This document shows positions 16,841-26,803 of a stretch of 36,703 nt of DNA, piece after piece. Source of the DNA: Candidatus Bipolaricaulota bacterium. GTDB taxonomy: Bacteria; Bipolaricaulota; Bipolaricaulia; UBA7950; UBA9294. The translations under genes were made by a program, and so were the position numbers. The stretch covers positions 1 to 36,703 of the forward strand of contig JAPLGE010000069.1 of assembly GCA_026390315.1 (NCBI GenBank), written 5' to 3'. The first letter of the stretch is position 1, and each line of letters starts with the position of its first letter. The notes under the pieces were generated by a model. The model did no database searches and was not told where the DNA came from. It worked only from the letters and a program-made list of their open reading frames with translations.

Positions 16841-17305
16841 GTGCCTAAGAGAGTCACCATCTACACAGACGGCGCCTGCAGCGGGAACCCCGGCCCGGGA
16901 GGATGGGCCGCGATCCTCGAGAGTGGTCGAGAGTGCAAGGAGATCTCGGGGGGAGAGGGCTCGACGACGAACAACCGCATGGAGCTGCTCGCCGCGATCG
17001 AAGCCCTCAAGGCGCTCCTTCGTCCGGCGGAGGTCGATCTCTACACCGACTCGCTCTACCTCAAGCGCGGGGTGACGGAATGGCTTCCACAATGGAAGGG
17101 AAACGGCTGGAAGCGACGGAACGGGCGCCGGCTCCTCCCGGTGAAGAACGAGGACCTGTGGCGGGAGCTTGACGGCCTGGTCGGCCGCCACGCGGTCGCC
17201 TTTCACTGGCTGGAAGGGCACGCCGGAACGGAGGAGAACGAGCGGTGCGACGCGCTCGCCCGCGCCGCGATCCCGGTCTCCCGGACGAAGGGGCCTCGTG
17301 GCTAG
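16841..17305 (+). CDS. rnhA: Ribonuclease HI
   Basis: [44 protein letters not shown]. Confidence 0.97.
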   Translation: MPKRVTIYTDGACSGNPGPGGWAAILESGRECKEISGGEGSTTNNRMELLAAIEALKALLRPAEVDLYTDSLYLKRGVTEWLPQWKGNGWKRRNGRRLLPVKNEDLWRELDGLVGRHAVAFHWLEGHAGTEENERCDALARAAIPVSRTKGPRG

Positions 17306-18263
17306 GGTCTTCCTCACGTGCCGCGTCTTCCCGGAGGAGGTCGCGCGCCTCCGCGACGCGGGGCATTCCGTCGAGATGCGCGACGCCGCCGAGCCGATCG
17401 GGCGGGATGAGCTTCTGTTGCGGGTCAAGGACGTCGAGGGTCTCGTCTGCCTTCTCTCCGACCGAATCGACGCGGCGGTGATCACGTCCGGCGAGAGGCT
17501 GCGGATCATCGCGAACCTCGGGGTCGGCACCGACAACGTCGACGTTCCCACGGCGAGGGCAAAGGGGATCGTCGTCACGAACACGCCGGGAGCCCTCACC
17601 GAGGCGACGGCCGACCTCAGCTTCGCTCTTCTTCTTGCCGCCGCGAGGAGGCTCGTCGAGGCGGACGCCTACACGCGGTCCGGTGCCTTCCGCAGCTGGG
17701 AACTCCTCCCGCCTCACCTGGGGCTCGACGTCCACGGGAAGACGCTCGGGATCGTGGGGATGGGCCGCATCGGGACGGCGGTCGCGCGCCGGGGCCGGCG
17801 CGGCTTCGACATGCCGATCCTCTACCACAACCGCCACCAAAACGAGGAGGCCGAGCGCGATCTTTGGGCGAGGTTTGTCTCGTTCGAAGAGCTTCTCCGC
17901 GAAAGCGACTTCGTCTGCGTCCACGCGCCGCTCAGTCGGGAAACCCACCACCTCTTCGATCGGGATGCCTTCCGCCGCATGAAGAACACGGCGATCCTCG
18001 TGAACGTCGCGCGCGGTCCGATCGTCGACGAGGAAGCTCTGGTGTGGGCCCTCGAACAGGGGGAGATCGCCGGGGCAGGACTCGACGTCTACGAGCGTGA
18101 ACCGGCGGTCCACCCCGGCCTCGTCGCCCTTCACGATCGGGTCGTCCTTGCGCCGCACATCGGGAGCGCGACCGCGGAGACGCGGCGCGGCCTGGCGAGG
18201 ATCGCGGTCGCAAACGTCCTCGCGGTCCTCGCGGGGGACGCGTCCCTGAACCCCGTCGCCTAG
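17298..18263 (+). CDS. D-2-hydroxyacid dehydrogenase (glyoxylate reductase / D-glycerate dehydrogenase type)
   Basis: GTG 17298 overlaps the rnhA end. Motifs [35 protein letters not shown]. Confidence 0.92.
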   Translation: MARVFLTCRVFPEEVARLRDAGHSVEMRDAAEPIGRDELLLRVKDVEGLVCLLSDRIDAAVITSGERLRIIANLGVGTDNVDVPTARAKGIVVTNTPGALTEATADLSFALLLAAARRLVEADAYTRSGAFRSWELLPPHLGLDVHGKTLGIVGMGRIGTAVARRGRRGFDMPILYHNRHQNEEAERDLWARFVSFEELLRESDFVCVHAPLSRETHHLFDRDAFRRMKNTAILVNVARGPIVDEEALVWALEQGEIAGAGLDVYEREPAVHPGLVALHDRVVLAPHIGSATAETRRGLARIAVANVLAVLAGDASLNPVA

Positions 18264-18646
18264 GGGAAGCAGCCGAGCTGACAGGAGGAGATGTGGACTC
18301 CGAGCCCCTCGGCCGCGCAGGAGACCGCGAGTCGGGAGAGGCCCTTCTCCGCGGCGATCTCCCACGCCGAGCGGCACGGAAGCCTTCCCCCAGTGAGGCG
18401 GGCGGCGATCTCCCGCTTGAGATCGAGACTTGCCTCGGGATCCGGGTTCACGATCCGTCCCTTGCCCGTCTCCGTGTGGCCGAAGAGGCCGAGCTCGCAG
18501 TGCGAGATCTTGACCCCGATCGCGGTCGCCTCTCGGCCCAGGATGAACGGCTCGATCCCCAGGGACGCGGCGAGGTCGAAGGCGCGGCGACACGGCAGAC
18601 GTCCCGTGGGGGAGGCCGCTCGGATCGCTTCCGCGAGATCCTTCAT
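18260..18646 (-). CDS. Small duplicated-domain Cys-motif protein, unknown function
   Basis: SD AAGGAGG, ATG 18646. Two repeats: LPCRRAF...KISHCELGLF and LPCRSAW...HISSCQLGCF. Confidence 0.8.
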   Translation of the reverse strand: MKDLAEAIRAASPTGRLPCRRAFDLAASLGIEPFILGREATAIGVKISHCELGLFGHTETGKGRIVNPDPEASLDLKREIAARLTGGRLPCRSAWEIAAEKGLSRLAVSCAAEGLGVHISSCQLGCFP

Positions 18647-18768
18647 CGAAACCTCCTTGGATCGGCCATTCTCGCCGCGGAGGTCCCTGCGCGGCAACCC
18701 GCCGTGCGACGGACGGCCTCGATCGGATACCCTTTCCCCTCAGGTTCCTGTAGCCGAGAAGGAGCGCC

Positions 18769-19971
18769 ATGCTGATTTGGTCCGGGTTTTCTCTCGCCGT
18801 CGTCGCGATGCTCTACCTCTCGCGGAAGAGCCTTTCGCTTGGGATGGCGGTCGGGGCCTTCCTCCTCGCTGCCTTCACCCTTCGGCCGGTCCAGATGCTC
18901 GAGGCGCTCCGCGCGACCTTCGCCGATCCCTCGGTCCTCCTCCTCGCGCTCGTCGTGGGGACGATCCCCATGATCGGCGGCGTGCTCGAGCGTTCGGGGG
19001 AAATGGATCGCCTCGTCGCCAACATGCGGATCGGCACGAAGCCCTTCCTGGCCATCGCGCCCGCCCTGTTGGGACTCCTGCCGATGCCGGGTGGGGCCCT
19101 CCTCTCCGCGCCGCTTCTCGAGCGCGGCGCCCCGCAGGCGGCCGGGGACGTCAAGGCGGCGGCGAACGTCTGGTTTCGCCACACCCTCCTCATCGTGTAC
19201 CCGCTCGGATCGGCGCTGATCGCCGCGGCGAAGATCGCCGAGGTCGACGTCTACCGGTCGATTCCCTACCTCCTTCCGGGATTCCTCTTGATGAGCCTGC
19301 TCGGGTACGTCTTCCTCCTCCGCGGGGTCGCGGGAAGGGCGGAGAATGTCGGCCCCTTCTCTCTTCGCGGTCTCGTCGTCCCGCTCGTCGTCCTCCTTCT
19401 CGCCCCGGCCCTGGACATCGTTCTGAAGAGCGTCTTCGATCTTCCCTACTCGGAGATGAGCACAGCGATCGGGGTCGGAGCGAGCTTGGTGCTCGCGGTC
19501 GGGATCGGCCGCGTCGGGCCAAGCGCCCTCCTGGGGGTCTTCCGCGCGATGCGGCCGTGGAAGTTCTCGCTCATCATCATCGCGGTCTTCGTCTTCCTCA
19601 ACGTGTTCACGGCCTCGGGCGCACCGGAGAGTCTCGCCGCGCTCGCCCTTCCGCCCGCCGTTCTGACGGTTGGCGTCGCCCTCGTCCTCGGCTTTGTCAC
19701 CGGCAGGATCGAGACGCCCGCCTCGATCGTCATCCCGATCTACGTGATGAGCTACGGGTCGATGTCGATCCCGACCTTCGCCGTGACGTACTTCGCGGCC
19801 TTCCTGGGCTACCTCATCACGCCGACCCATCCCTGCATCTCGGTCTCGCTCGAGTACTTCTCGACCTCGCTTTGGGCCTTCTTGCGAAAAACGGCCCTTC
19901 CCTTCGCCATTGCCGTCGCGGTCATCTCGGTCGTCGGGTTCCTCGTGGTGACCGGCCGGTCGGCCGGGTAG
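18769..19971 (+). CDS. DUF401-family integral membrane protein
   Basis: GLLPMPGGALLSAP, NVWFRH, GYLITPTHPC; many TM helices; SD AAGGAG. Confidence 0.85.
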   Translation: MLIWSGFSLAVVAMLYLSRKSLSLGMAVGAFLLAAFTLRPVQMLEALRATFADPSVLLLALVVGTIPMIGGVLERSGEMDRLVANMRIGTKPFLAIAPALLGLLPMPGGALLSAPLLERGAPQAAGDVKAAANVWFRHTLLIVYPLGSALIAAAKIAEVDVYRSIPYLLPGFLLMSLLGYVFLLRGVAGRAENVGPFSLRGLVVPLVVLLLAPALDIVLKSVFDLPYSEMSTAIGVGASLVLAVGIGRVGPSALLGVFRAMRPWKFSLIIIAVFVFLNVFTASGAPESLAALALPPAVLTVGVALVLGFVTGRIETPASIVIPIYVMSYGSMSIPTFAVTYFAAFLGYLITPTHPCISVSLEYFSTSLWAFLRKTALPFAIAVAVISVVGFLVVTGRSAG

Positions 19972-20099
19972 GCTCGTCGCCACCAGGCAGCTCGCGTCAC
20001 GGGTTGGTTCCAAAGCGGACTTGCGCGGGTGATGCGTGTCCGGCGCGAAGGTCCGCCCTTCCTCCTTGAGGCTCCGTTCCCCCGCTTAGGCTCAAGGGC

Positions 20100-21314
20100 A
20101 TGGACAAGATCAAGGTGATCGCCCGCGCCTCGAGCCTTCACGGCTCGCAGGAGATGGCGCGGCTCAAGGCGCGCCTGCTCTCCGAGATCGGAGAGCGGGC
20201 GGACTTCTCCCTCGAGGAGGTCGAGTTCCCGTCCGAGGGAGGGCTCACCGCGATCCTCGTCCTGACTGGAGGGGTCGAGCGGGAGGTGTTGAAGCTCGTC
20301 TCCCAGCTCCCCTCTCCCACGCTCCTCATCGCCCATCCCGGCCACAACTCGCTTCCGGCCTCTCTCGAGGTCCTCGCCCGCATCCGGCAGGATGGAGGGG
20401 AGGGACAGATCCTGTTCGGGACGCCTCAGGCGATCGCGGCGGGGCTGAAGAGGGAGCTGCGCGTCGCGGTGGCCTGGGAGAACCTTCGCTTCAGCCGCGT
20501 CGGCTTGATCGGGGAGCCCTCCGACTGGCTGGTCGCGAGCGACGTCGATCGACCCTTCCTCAAGGGGCAACTCGGGATCGAGCTGATCCCGATCGACATC
20601 GAGGACCTCATCGAGCGGATCCGATCGGTCGCCCCGTCGCGCGGTGACGTGGCGCGGTTCACCAAAGGGGCCGCGATCTTCGGAGAGCCGAGCAAGGACG
20701 GACTCCGGGACGCCGTCTCCGTGTACACCGCACTCCGAGGGCTGGTTGACGAGCACCGCCTGTCCGCCTGTTCGGTGCGCTGCTTCGACCTCGTGACCCG
20801 CCTCCGCACGAGCGGCTGCTACGCCCTGTCGCGCCTGAACGACGAGAGGATCCCCTCCGGCTGCGAAGGGGACCTCCAGGCCTTGTTCTCCATGTACATG
20901 GGAATCCTCCTCTCCGGGGAGTCGGCGTTCATGGGGAACATCGCCTCCGTGGATACGTCGACGCGCTCTGCGACCCTTGCCCACTGCACGTGTCCCCTCT
21001 CGCTCGCGGCAAGCTACGCGATTCGCAGCCACTTCGAGTCGGGGATCGGCGTGGGGATTGGCGCGAAGATCGCGCAGGGTCCATGCACGCTCTTCCGGCT
21101 GGGGGGCGAGCGCCTCGACCACCTCTTCCTCCGTCAGGGAGGGATCGACTCGACGGCCGAGCGCGACGACCTGTGCCGGACGCAGGTCACGGTCACGGCG
21201 AGCGAGCCCCTCGATCCCCTCCTCACCGCGCCGCTTGGGAACCACCACATCCTCCTCCCCGGCCACCACGGGGAGACGATCGAGCGCTTCTTCCATCGGT
21301 TCCTCTCTCCGTGA
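20100..21314 (+). CDS. L-fucose isomerase-like protein
   Basis: TGGVE, HNSLPASLE, CSVRCF, GCEGD, AHCTCP, CRTQ, PLGNHH. Confidence 0.78.
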   Translation: MDKIKVIARASSLHGSQEMARLKARLLSEIGERADFSLEEVEFPSEGGLTAILVLTGGVEREVLKLVSQLPSPTLLIAHPGHNSLPASLEVLARIRQDGGEGQILFGTPQAIAAGLKRELRVAVAWENLRFSRVGLIGEPSDWLVASDVDRPFLKGQLGIELIPIDIEDLIERIRSVAPSRGDVARFTKGAAIFGEPSKDGLRDAVSVYTALRGLVDEHRLSACSVRCFDLVTRLRTSGCYALSRLNDERIPSGCEGDLQALFSMYMGILLSGESAFMGNIASVDTSTRSATLAHCTCPLSLAASYAIRSHFESGIGVGIGAKIAQGPCTLFRLGGERLDHLFLRQGGIDSTAERDDLCRTQVTVTASEPLDPLLTAPLGNHHILLPGHHGETIERFFHRFLSP

Positions 21315-21375
21315 GTTGTGCTCGCCGACGAGGCGGGCTAGACTCTTCTCTAGCTTTCGGGGAGGTGACCGCGGG

Positions 21376-21654
21376 ATGACCGAGCGCCAGATGCAGATTA
21401 CGGCCGACAACGAGGCCCGTCGAGGAGGCTACTCCAACCTCGCCCTCATCTCTCACCGCAAGGAGGAGTTCGTCGTCGACTTCCTGTTCGTCGACCCTCA
21501 GACGCAGGCGGCGAAGGCCGATCAGGCGCTCCTCGTCTCCCGGGTGATCCTCAACCCGGGCCACATGAAGCGGCTCTTCCAGGCGATGGGGGAGAACATC
21601 GAGAAGTACGAGAAGAACTTCGGGAAGATCATTCTCCCCCCCACGCTCAAGTGA
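21376..21654 (+). CDS. DUF3467-family small protein
   Basis: SD GGAGG, ATG 21376; GGYSNLALISH...EFVVDF...SRVILNPGHMKR...YEKNFG. Confidence 0.85.
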   Translation: MTERQMQITADNEARRGGYSNLALISHRKEEFVVDFLFVDPQTQAAKADQALLVSRVILNPGHMKRLFQAMGENIEKYEKNFGKIILPPTLK

Positions 21655-21691
21655 CGGCGTCCCCGCGCGCTGGGGACCCGTCGGAGAACGC

Positions 21692-22939
21692 ATGAGCCCG
21701 ATCGATCGCTTTGTCGACCTGAAGGAACGGGTCCTGAGGACGATCCTGGCGCGGCGGGTGACGCTTGGGGTCTTCGCCGGGGTGGCCCTGGTCGTGAAGT
21801 TCACGAGCGGGATCAGCTACTTGAACCCACTCTACTACACTCCGGTTGCGTGGTTCCTCCTGACCTTCCCCTTCGCCACGCTCGTGCGGCGGCAGAAGAG
21901 CGAGCGCTGGCTCCACTGGGTGCACACCGGTTACTTCCTCGCCGAGATCGCCCTCATCACCCTCTTCGTGCACTGGATGGGCGGAAGCGAGTGGATCGGG
22001 AACATCTTCTACCTCTTCACGGTGATCACCGCGAACTTCTTCCTGCCCCGGATGCAGGGCTACCTCGTGACGGCCGTGGTCATCCTCCTGTACGCAGGGC
22101 TCGCCCTTCTCGAGTACGCCGGCGTCATCCCGCATCGGTCCCTGTTCGCCCTTCTGGGCGAGCCGCATCGCAGCCTCTCTTACACCCTCACGACGATCCT
22201 CGCCGGGGTCGTTGGGGTCTACTTGGTCCTCACGTACACGGTGCGGACGTTCACCGAAATCGACGCGAACAAGAACCGGATGCTCGCGAAGCGAGAGGCC
22301 GAGCTCGCCGCTCTTTCCAACCGCCTCCTCTCGGCTCAGGACGTCGAACGACGCCGGATCGCCCACGAGCTGCACGACACCCTTGGGCAGTCGCTTGCTG
22401 CCGTGAGGCTCCGCCTGGCCGCGCTCCGCGACCGCATCGGCGCGGACGAGCACGAGGCGATGGCCGCGACCGTCGATCAGGCGATTCGGGAGACGCGGAC
22501 ACTCGCCTACTCGCTCCGCCCTCCCCTTCTCGACGACCTGGGCCTCGTTCCGTCGCTTCGCCGACTGGCGGCGATGGTGAGGGAGGGAAGTGGCCTCGAG
22601 GTCCTGCTGGAGCTCGAGGAAGGGGAGCGCCCTTCGGGTGCCGTCGAGAGCCTCCTCTTCTCCGTCGCACAGGAGGCGCTCTCGAACGTGGAGCGCCACG
22701 CGAAGGCGCGCAGGGTCGTGATTCGCCTGCGCCGCCATCCAGGGCGGCTTGGCTTTGAGGTCGAGGACGACGGAGTGGGGTTCCGGCCGGAGGACCGAAG
22801 TGGGCTTGGCTTGCGCGGGATGGTGGAGCGGGTGGAGGCGGCCGGGGGGAGGGTTCACGTCGTCTCCTCTCCCGGCAGCGGGGCACGGATCAGCGTGGAG
22901 GTACCCTGTGAGACCGATCCGGGTCCTCGTTGTGGATGA
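21692..22939 (+). CDS. Membrane sensor histidine kinase (HisKA_3; NarX/UhpB/DesK class)
   Basis: About 6 N-terminal TM helices, H-box ERRRIAHELHD, N-box QEALSNVERHA, G-boxes DDGVGF and GLGLRGM. Confidence 0.93.
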   Translation: MSPIDRFVDLKERVLRTILARRVTLGVFAGVALVVKFTSGISYLNPLYYTPVAWFLLTFPFATLVRRQKSERWLHWVHTGYFLAEIALITLFVHWMGGSEWIGNIFYLFTVITANFFLPRMQGYLVTAVVILLYAGLALLEYAGVIPHRSLFALLGEPHRSLSYTLTTILAGVVGVYLVLTYTVRTFTEIDANKNRMLAKREAELAALSNRLLSAQDVERRRIAHELHDTLGQSLAAVRLRLAALRDRIGADEHEAMAATVDQAIRETRTLAYSLRPPLLDDLGLVPSLRRLAAMVREGSGLEVLLELEEGERPSGAVESLLFSVAQEALSNVERHAKARRVVIRLRRHPGRLGFEVEDDGVGFRPEDRSGLGLRGMVERVEAAGGRVHVVSSPGSGARISVEVPCETDPGPRCG

Positions 22940-23501
22940 TCATGCCCTCGTGCGGCACGGGCTCGTGCGACTGCTCGCCACGTTGGACGGGGTGGAGGTC
23001 GTCGGAGCGGCCGAAGACGGGGAGAGCGCGATCCGCCTCGCGGCGGAAACCCGTCCCGACGTCGTCCTTCTCGACCTCTCCATGCCTCGTCTCGACGGGA
23101 TGAGCGCCCTTCCCCGGCTTCGCGAGGTCGCGCCGGCGAGCCGGGTCCTCGTCCTCAGCATGCACGACGAGCCTGAATACGCGCAGGCGGCCGTCCAGAT
23201 GGGTGCGAGCGGACTCGTCTCCAAGGCGGCGTCGAGCGAGACCCTCTCTGGAGCGATCCGCGCCGTGGCGGCCGGGAAAACCCTCGAGCCGGAGGCCGGC
23301 CTGACGCCGCGCGAGGAGGAGGTCCTCTCTCTCGTGGCCTTCGGCCGGAAGAACGAGGAGATCGCGCGCGCCCTCGGGATCCAGCCCAAGACCGTCGAAC
23401 ACCACTGTGGGCGCCTCATGTCCAAGCTCGGCGTTCGCACGCGCGCCGGGCTCGTGGCCCACGCCAGGAGGATCGGCCTCCGACCGCCCGCGGGCAGTTG
23501 A
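22908..23501 (+). CDS. NarL/FixJ-family response regulator 1
   Basis: GTG 22908 (SD GGAGG); VVDDH, LLDLSMP, LSMH, LuxR-type HTH LTPREEEVL. Confidence 0.93.
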   Translation: MRPIRVLVVDDHALVRHGLVRLLATLDGVEVVGAAEDGESAIRLAAETRPDVVLLDLSMPRLDGMSALPRLREVAPASRVLVLSMHDEPEYAQAAVQMGASGLVSKAASSETLSGAIRAVAAGKTLEPEAGLTPREEEVLSLVAFGRKNEEIARALGIQPKTVEHHCGRLMSKLGVRTRAGLVAHARRIGLRPPAGS

Positions 23502-23551
23502 TACATTCTCCCCATGCCCGCCGGCGAACTTGTAGGTTAGAATGGATCGTG

Positions 23552-24187
23552 ATGAGAGCGATCCGGGTAGTCCTGGGAGACGATCACGTCCTCGTTCGCG
23601 AGGGGATCAAGGCGTGCCTTGAGTCGCCCCGCGTCCTCGTCGTGGGCGAGGCGGAGGACGGGCGGGAGTTGGTGCGGTGCGTGCAGGCCTTGCGTCCTGA
23701 CATCGCGCTCGTCGACGTGTCGATGCCCCTTCTCAATGGGATCGAGGCCACTCGGCAGATCGCGCGGATCTCTCCGGGAACGCGCGTCGTGATCCTCTCC
23801 ATGTTCGACGACAAGGGCACCGTTTCGAGCGCCCGGGATGCCGGCGCCTGGGCCTACGTCCTGAAGGACGAGGCTCCGGATCACCTCGTGCGGACGATCG
23901 AACGCGTCCACGAGGGAGAACGCTCGTTCCCTGCGGGAACGGAGGGCCTCCCGTCCCCCAAGTCGCCCGTCGACCTGACGCCCCGGGAGCGCGAGGTTCT
24001 CCAGCTCGTCGCGGAAGGGATGCGGAGCGCGGAGATGGCGAGGGTCATGAAGCGGAGCGTCTGCACCATTCGGAACCACCGCGCGCGGCTGATGAAGAAA
24101 CTGGGCGTTCGGACGGCGGCGGCGCTTGTGGAGAAGGCCGAGGAACTCGGCGTGGTCCGCCTCGAGGCCGCGCGGAGGAGCGCATGA
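23552..24187 (+). CDS. NarL/FixJ-family response regulator 2
   Basis: LGDDH, LVDVSMP, YVLK, LTPREREVL HTH; stop overlaps the next start (ATGA). Confidence 0.92.
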   Translation: MRAIRVVLGDDHVLVREGIKACLESPRVLVVGEAEDGRELVRCVQALRPDIALVDVSMPLLNGIEATRQIARISPGTRVVILSMFDDKGTVSSARDAGAWAYVLKDEAPDHLVRTIERVHEGERSFPAGTEGLPSPKSPVDLTPREREVLQLVAEGMRSAEMARVMKRSVCTIRNHRARLMKKLGVRTAAALVEKAEELGVVRLEAARRSA

Positions 24188-25173
24188 GCGACCCCGTCGT
24201 GCTGACGCGCCACCGCGCGTTGATCGAGGGAGGGCTCTCCACGGCACTCGCGGGGAGCTCCTTCCTGCACAAGGTCCTTCGCTACCACTTGGGCTTAGAG
24301 GACGAGGACGGGACGCCGCAGCGAAAGACGGGGAAGCTCCTGCGGCCGAGCCTCGCGCTCCATTCTGCGGGCGAGCTGGGAGGCGACCTTGAGAAGGCCC
24401 TTCCCGCCGCGGTGGCCCTCGAGATGGTGCACAACTTCTCGCTCATTCACGACGACATCCAGGACCGCGACGAGACCCGACGAGGACGCGCGGCCGTGTG
24501 GGTGATCCACGGGACGGCGCAGGCGATCAACTCAGGCGACCTCCTCCAGGCCCTCGCTGTCCGCGAGGCCCTGCGCTCCGGGGCGGCGGTCGCGCAGGCC
24601 CTGGTCGAGTCGACCGCCGAGATGATCGAGGGGCAGGCGCTCGACCTCGGCTTCGAGGGGTGCCCGGCCGGCGTCCGCGCGTACGTCGACATGATCGATC
24701 GCAAGACAGGAGCCCTCATTCGATGCGCGTTCCGCATCGGCGGCCTCCTGGCCCTCGCGTCGGGCGACACGCTCGATCGCCTGGACGACCTCGGAAAGCA
24801 CCTCGGGCGCGCCTTCCAGATCCGCGACGACGTGCTCGGGATTTGGGGAAAGGAGGAGGCGACGGGGAAGCCGGCCGGGTCGGACATCCGGCGCCGGAAG
24901 ACGTCGCTTCCGGCGGCGCTTGGCTTCGAGCTCGCTCGGGGCAAGGACCGCGCCATTCTGGAAAGAGTCTACGGACAGGAGGCGGTGACGGACGCGGACG
25001 TGGCCGCGGCCACCCAGGTGCTGGAGCGGCTCGAGGTTCGCGACGAGGCCGAGGGGTGGCTCTCAGAGTCCCTTGGTGCGGCAGAGATCGCCCTAGGGAA
25101 GGCCGGATTCTCCCGCCGAGGGGCCGAGGAGATGGAGGAGCTCTTGACGTACCTGGAGAGAAGAGAGCGATGA
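24184..25173 (+). CDS. Short-chain polyprenyl diphosphate (FPP/GGPP) synthase
   Basis: GKLLRP, first Asp-rich motif NFSLIHDDIQD..RRG, GQALD, KTG, FQIRDD. Confidence 0.92.
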   Translation: MSDPVVLTRHRALIEGGLSTALAGSSFLHKVLRYHLGLEDEDGTPQRKTGKLLRPSLALHSAGELGGDLEKALPAAVALEMVHNFSLIHDDIQDRDETRRGRAAVWVIHGTAQAINSGDLLQALAVREALRSGAAVAQALVESTAEMIEGQALDLGFEGCPAGVRAYVDMIDRKTGALIRCAFRIGGLLALASGDTLDRLDDLGKHLGRAFQIRDDVLGIWGKEEATGKPAGSDIRRRKTSLPAALGFELARGKDRAILERVYGQEAVTDADVAAATQVLERLEVRDEAEGWLSESLGAAEIALGKAGFSRRGAEEMEELLTYLERRER

Positions 25174-26174
25174 GACGGCCGTGGCGGCTCGACCTCCGCA
25201 TGGCGAGGTACCTCCTCGCGCAGAAGGCCAAGCGTCGGACGCACTTCCCGTTCGTCACAATGCTCGAACCGCTCGAGGCGTGCAACCTGCGCTGCGCGGG
25301 GTGCGGCCGGGTGCGCGAGTACGCCGCGGTCATGGACCGCCGCCTCGCGGGCGACGCGTGTCTCGAGGCGGTGCACGCCTCGGGAGCGCCGATTGTCTCT
25401 ATCTCCGGCGGGGAGCCTCTTCTGCACGCGGAGATCGCCGCGATCGCGCGCGCGATCATCGAGGAGAGGCGTTTTGTCTACCTGTGCACGAACGGCCTCC
25501 TGCTCGGGGAGACGCTCGACCGGTTCCGGCCGTCGCCCTACCTCTCGTTCGTCGTCCACCTGGACGGGACCGAGGCGGTACACGACCGCGTGACCGCCCG
25601 GCCCGGGACCTACCGCACGGCGATCGCAGGGATTCGGCAGGCGATCGCGAGAGGCTTCCGCGTCAGCACGAACACGACCCTCTTCCGCGGCTCGGACGTC
25701 GAGGACCTCCACCGCCTCTTCTCGACCCTCACGGCGTTTGGGGTCGAGGGGCTGATGGTCTCCCCCGGCTACGCCTACAGGGACGCAACCGATCAAGGGT
25801 TCTTCCTCGACCGGCAAGAATCGATCGAGGTCTTCCGGCGGGTCCTGGATCCGGCGAAGGGGTATCGGTTCTACAACAACCCCCTCTACCTCGACTTCCT
25901 CCGGGGCGAGCGTGACGTGGACTGCGCCGCCTGGACGACGGTGACCTATACCGTCCTCGGCTGGCGGAAGCCCTGCTACGTCCTCGCGGACGAGCACGTC
26001 GAGGACGTGCAGGAGCTCCTCAATCCGGCTCTCTGGGCGGCGTACGGGCCCGGACGGGACCGTCGCTGCGCGAACTGCATGATGCACTCTTCATTCGAGG
26101 GGGCAAGCATCCTGGAGGCCTTCTCCCGACCGCGCGACCTCCTCACCGTGGCGCGAGAGGAGCGCAGAGGGTGA
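25170..26174 (+). CDS. hpnH: Adenosyl-hopene transferase HpnH (radical SAM)
   Basis: ATG 25170; MLEPLEACNLRCAGC (CxxxCxxC), GGEP, YLCTNG, WRKPCY, RCANCMMHS; lies in the shc operon. Confidence 0.92.
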   Translation: MRRPWRLDLRMARYLLAQKAKRRTHFPFVTMLEPLEACNLRCAGCGRVREYAAVMDRRLAGDACLEAVHASGAPIVSISGGEPLLHAEIAAIARAIIEERRFVYLCTNGLLLGETLDRFRPSPYLSFVVHLDGTEAVHDRVTARPGTYRTAIAGIRQAIARGFRVSTNTTLFRGSDVEDLHRLFSTLTAFGVEGLMVSPGYAYRDATDQGFFLDRQESIEVFRRVLDPAKGYRFYNNPLYLDFLRGERDVDCAAWTTVTYTVLGWRKPCYVLADEHVEDVQELLNPALWAAYGPGRDRRCANCMMHSSFEGASILEAFSRPRDLLTVAREERRG

Positions 26175-26803
26175 TCGTGGTGACCACGTGCTTCTGGGTA
26201 GAGAGAGCCTGGATCCCGCAGCTTCGCGGGGTCCGTCTTGTCCGCACGCCGATGGGCGAGCCGGCGGCGTCGTCGCTCGAGCGGACGATCGGCCAGGAGG
26301 TGCCGGACCTTCTTCTCGCGACGGGCTTCTGCGGCGCGCTCGATCCGCGGCTCGAGGCCGGCGACCTCGTCCTCGCGGAGGGGATCGAGGACCGCGAGGG
26401 GAGGGTTCCGATCGATCGGCTGCTCGCCGATCGGGCCGCATCGGGTCTCGCGGCGCGTGGGATCCCGGCGACGAGGGCGACGCTTCTCGCGGCGCCGGGC
26501 GTCGTGGGGTCGCGCGAGGAGAAGGCGAGGCTTCGCGAAGGCGGGGCCGCGGCGGTCGACATGGAGAGCGGTCCGCTCGCCCGCTTCGCGGCACGACGAG
26601 GCATCCCCTTCCTCGCGCTTCGCGCGGTCCTTGACTCCGCGGGAGAGGATCTCCCCTTCGCGGGGGGCGGGGATCTCGTCCGATCGACCGCCGCGCACCC
26701 GCTCCGCGCGCTCCGGGCGGCTCGCTCCGCCCTCATCGCGGGCCGCGCGCTCGGCCGGGCGGTTCCGGCCGCCCTCGCCGCGGTCGAAGGAGGGCTCGCG
26801 TGA
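26171..26803 (+). CDS. hpnG: Hopanoid-associated nucleoside phosphorylase HpnG
   Basis: GFCGALDPRLEAGDLV, AVDMES, LRAVLD (PNP/MTAN fold); follows hpnH. Confidence 0.85.
   Translation: MIVVTTCFWVERAWIPQLRGVRLVRTPMGEPAASSLERTIGQEVPDLLLATGFCGALDPRLEAGDLVLAEGIEDREGRVPIDRLLADRAASGLAARGIPATRATLLAAPGVVGSREEKARLREGGAAAVDMESGPLARFAARRGIPFLALRAVLDSAGEDLPFAGGGDLVRSTAAHPLRALRAARSALIAGRALGRAVPAALAAVEGGLA

Noticed and set aside
20064-20097. CCTTGAG/CTCAAGG inverted repeat just before the fucose isomerase-like start
   Set aside because: Only 7 bp with a 20-nt spacer; within chance expectation.
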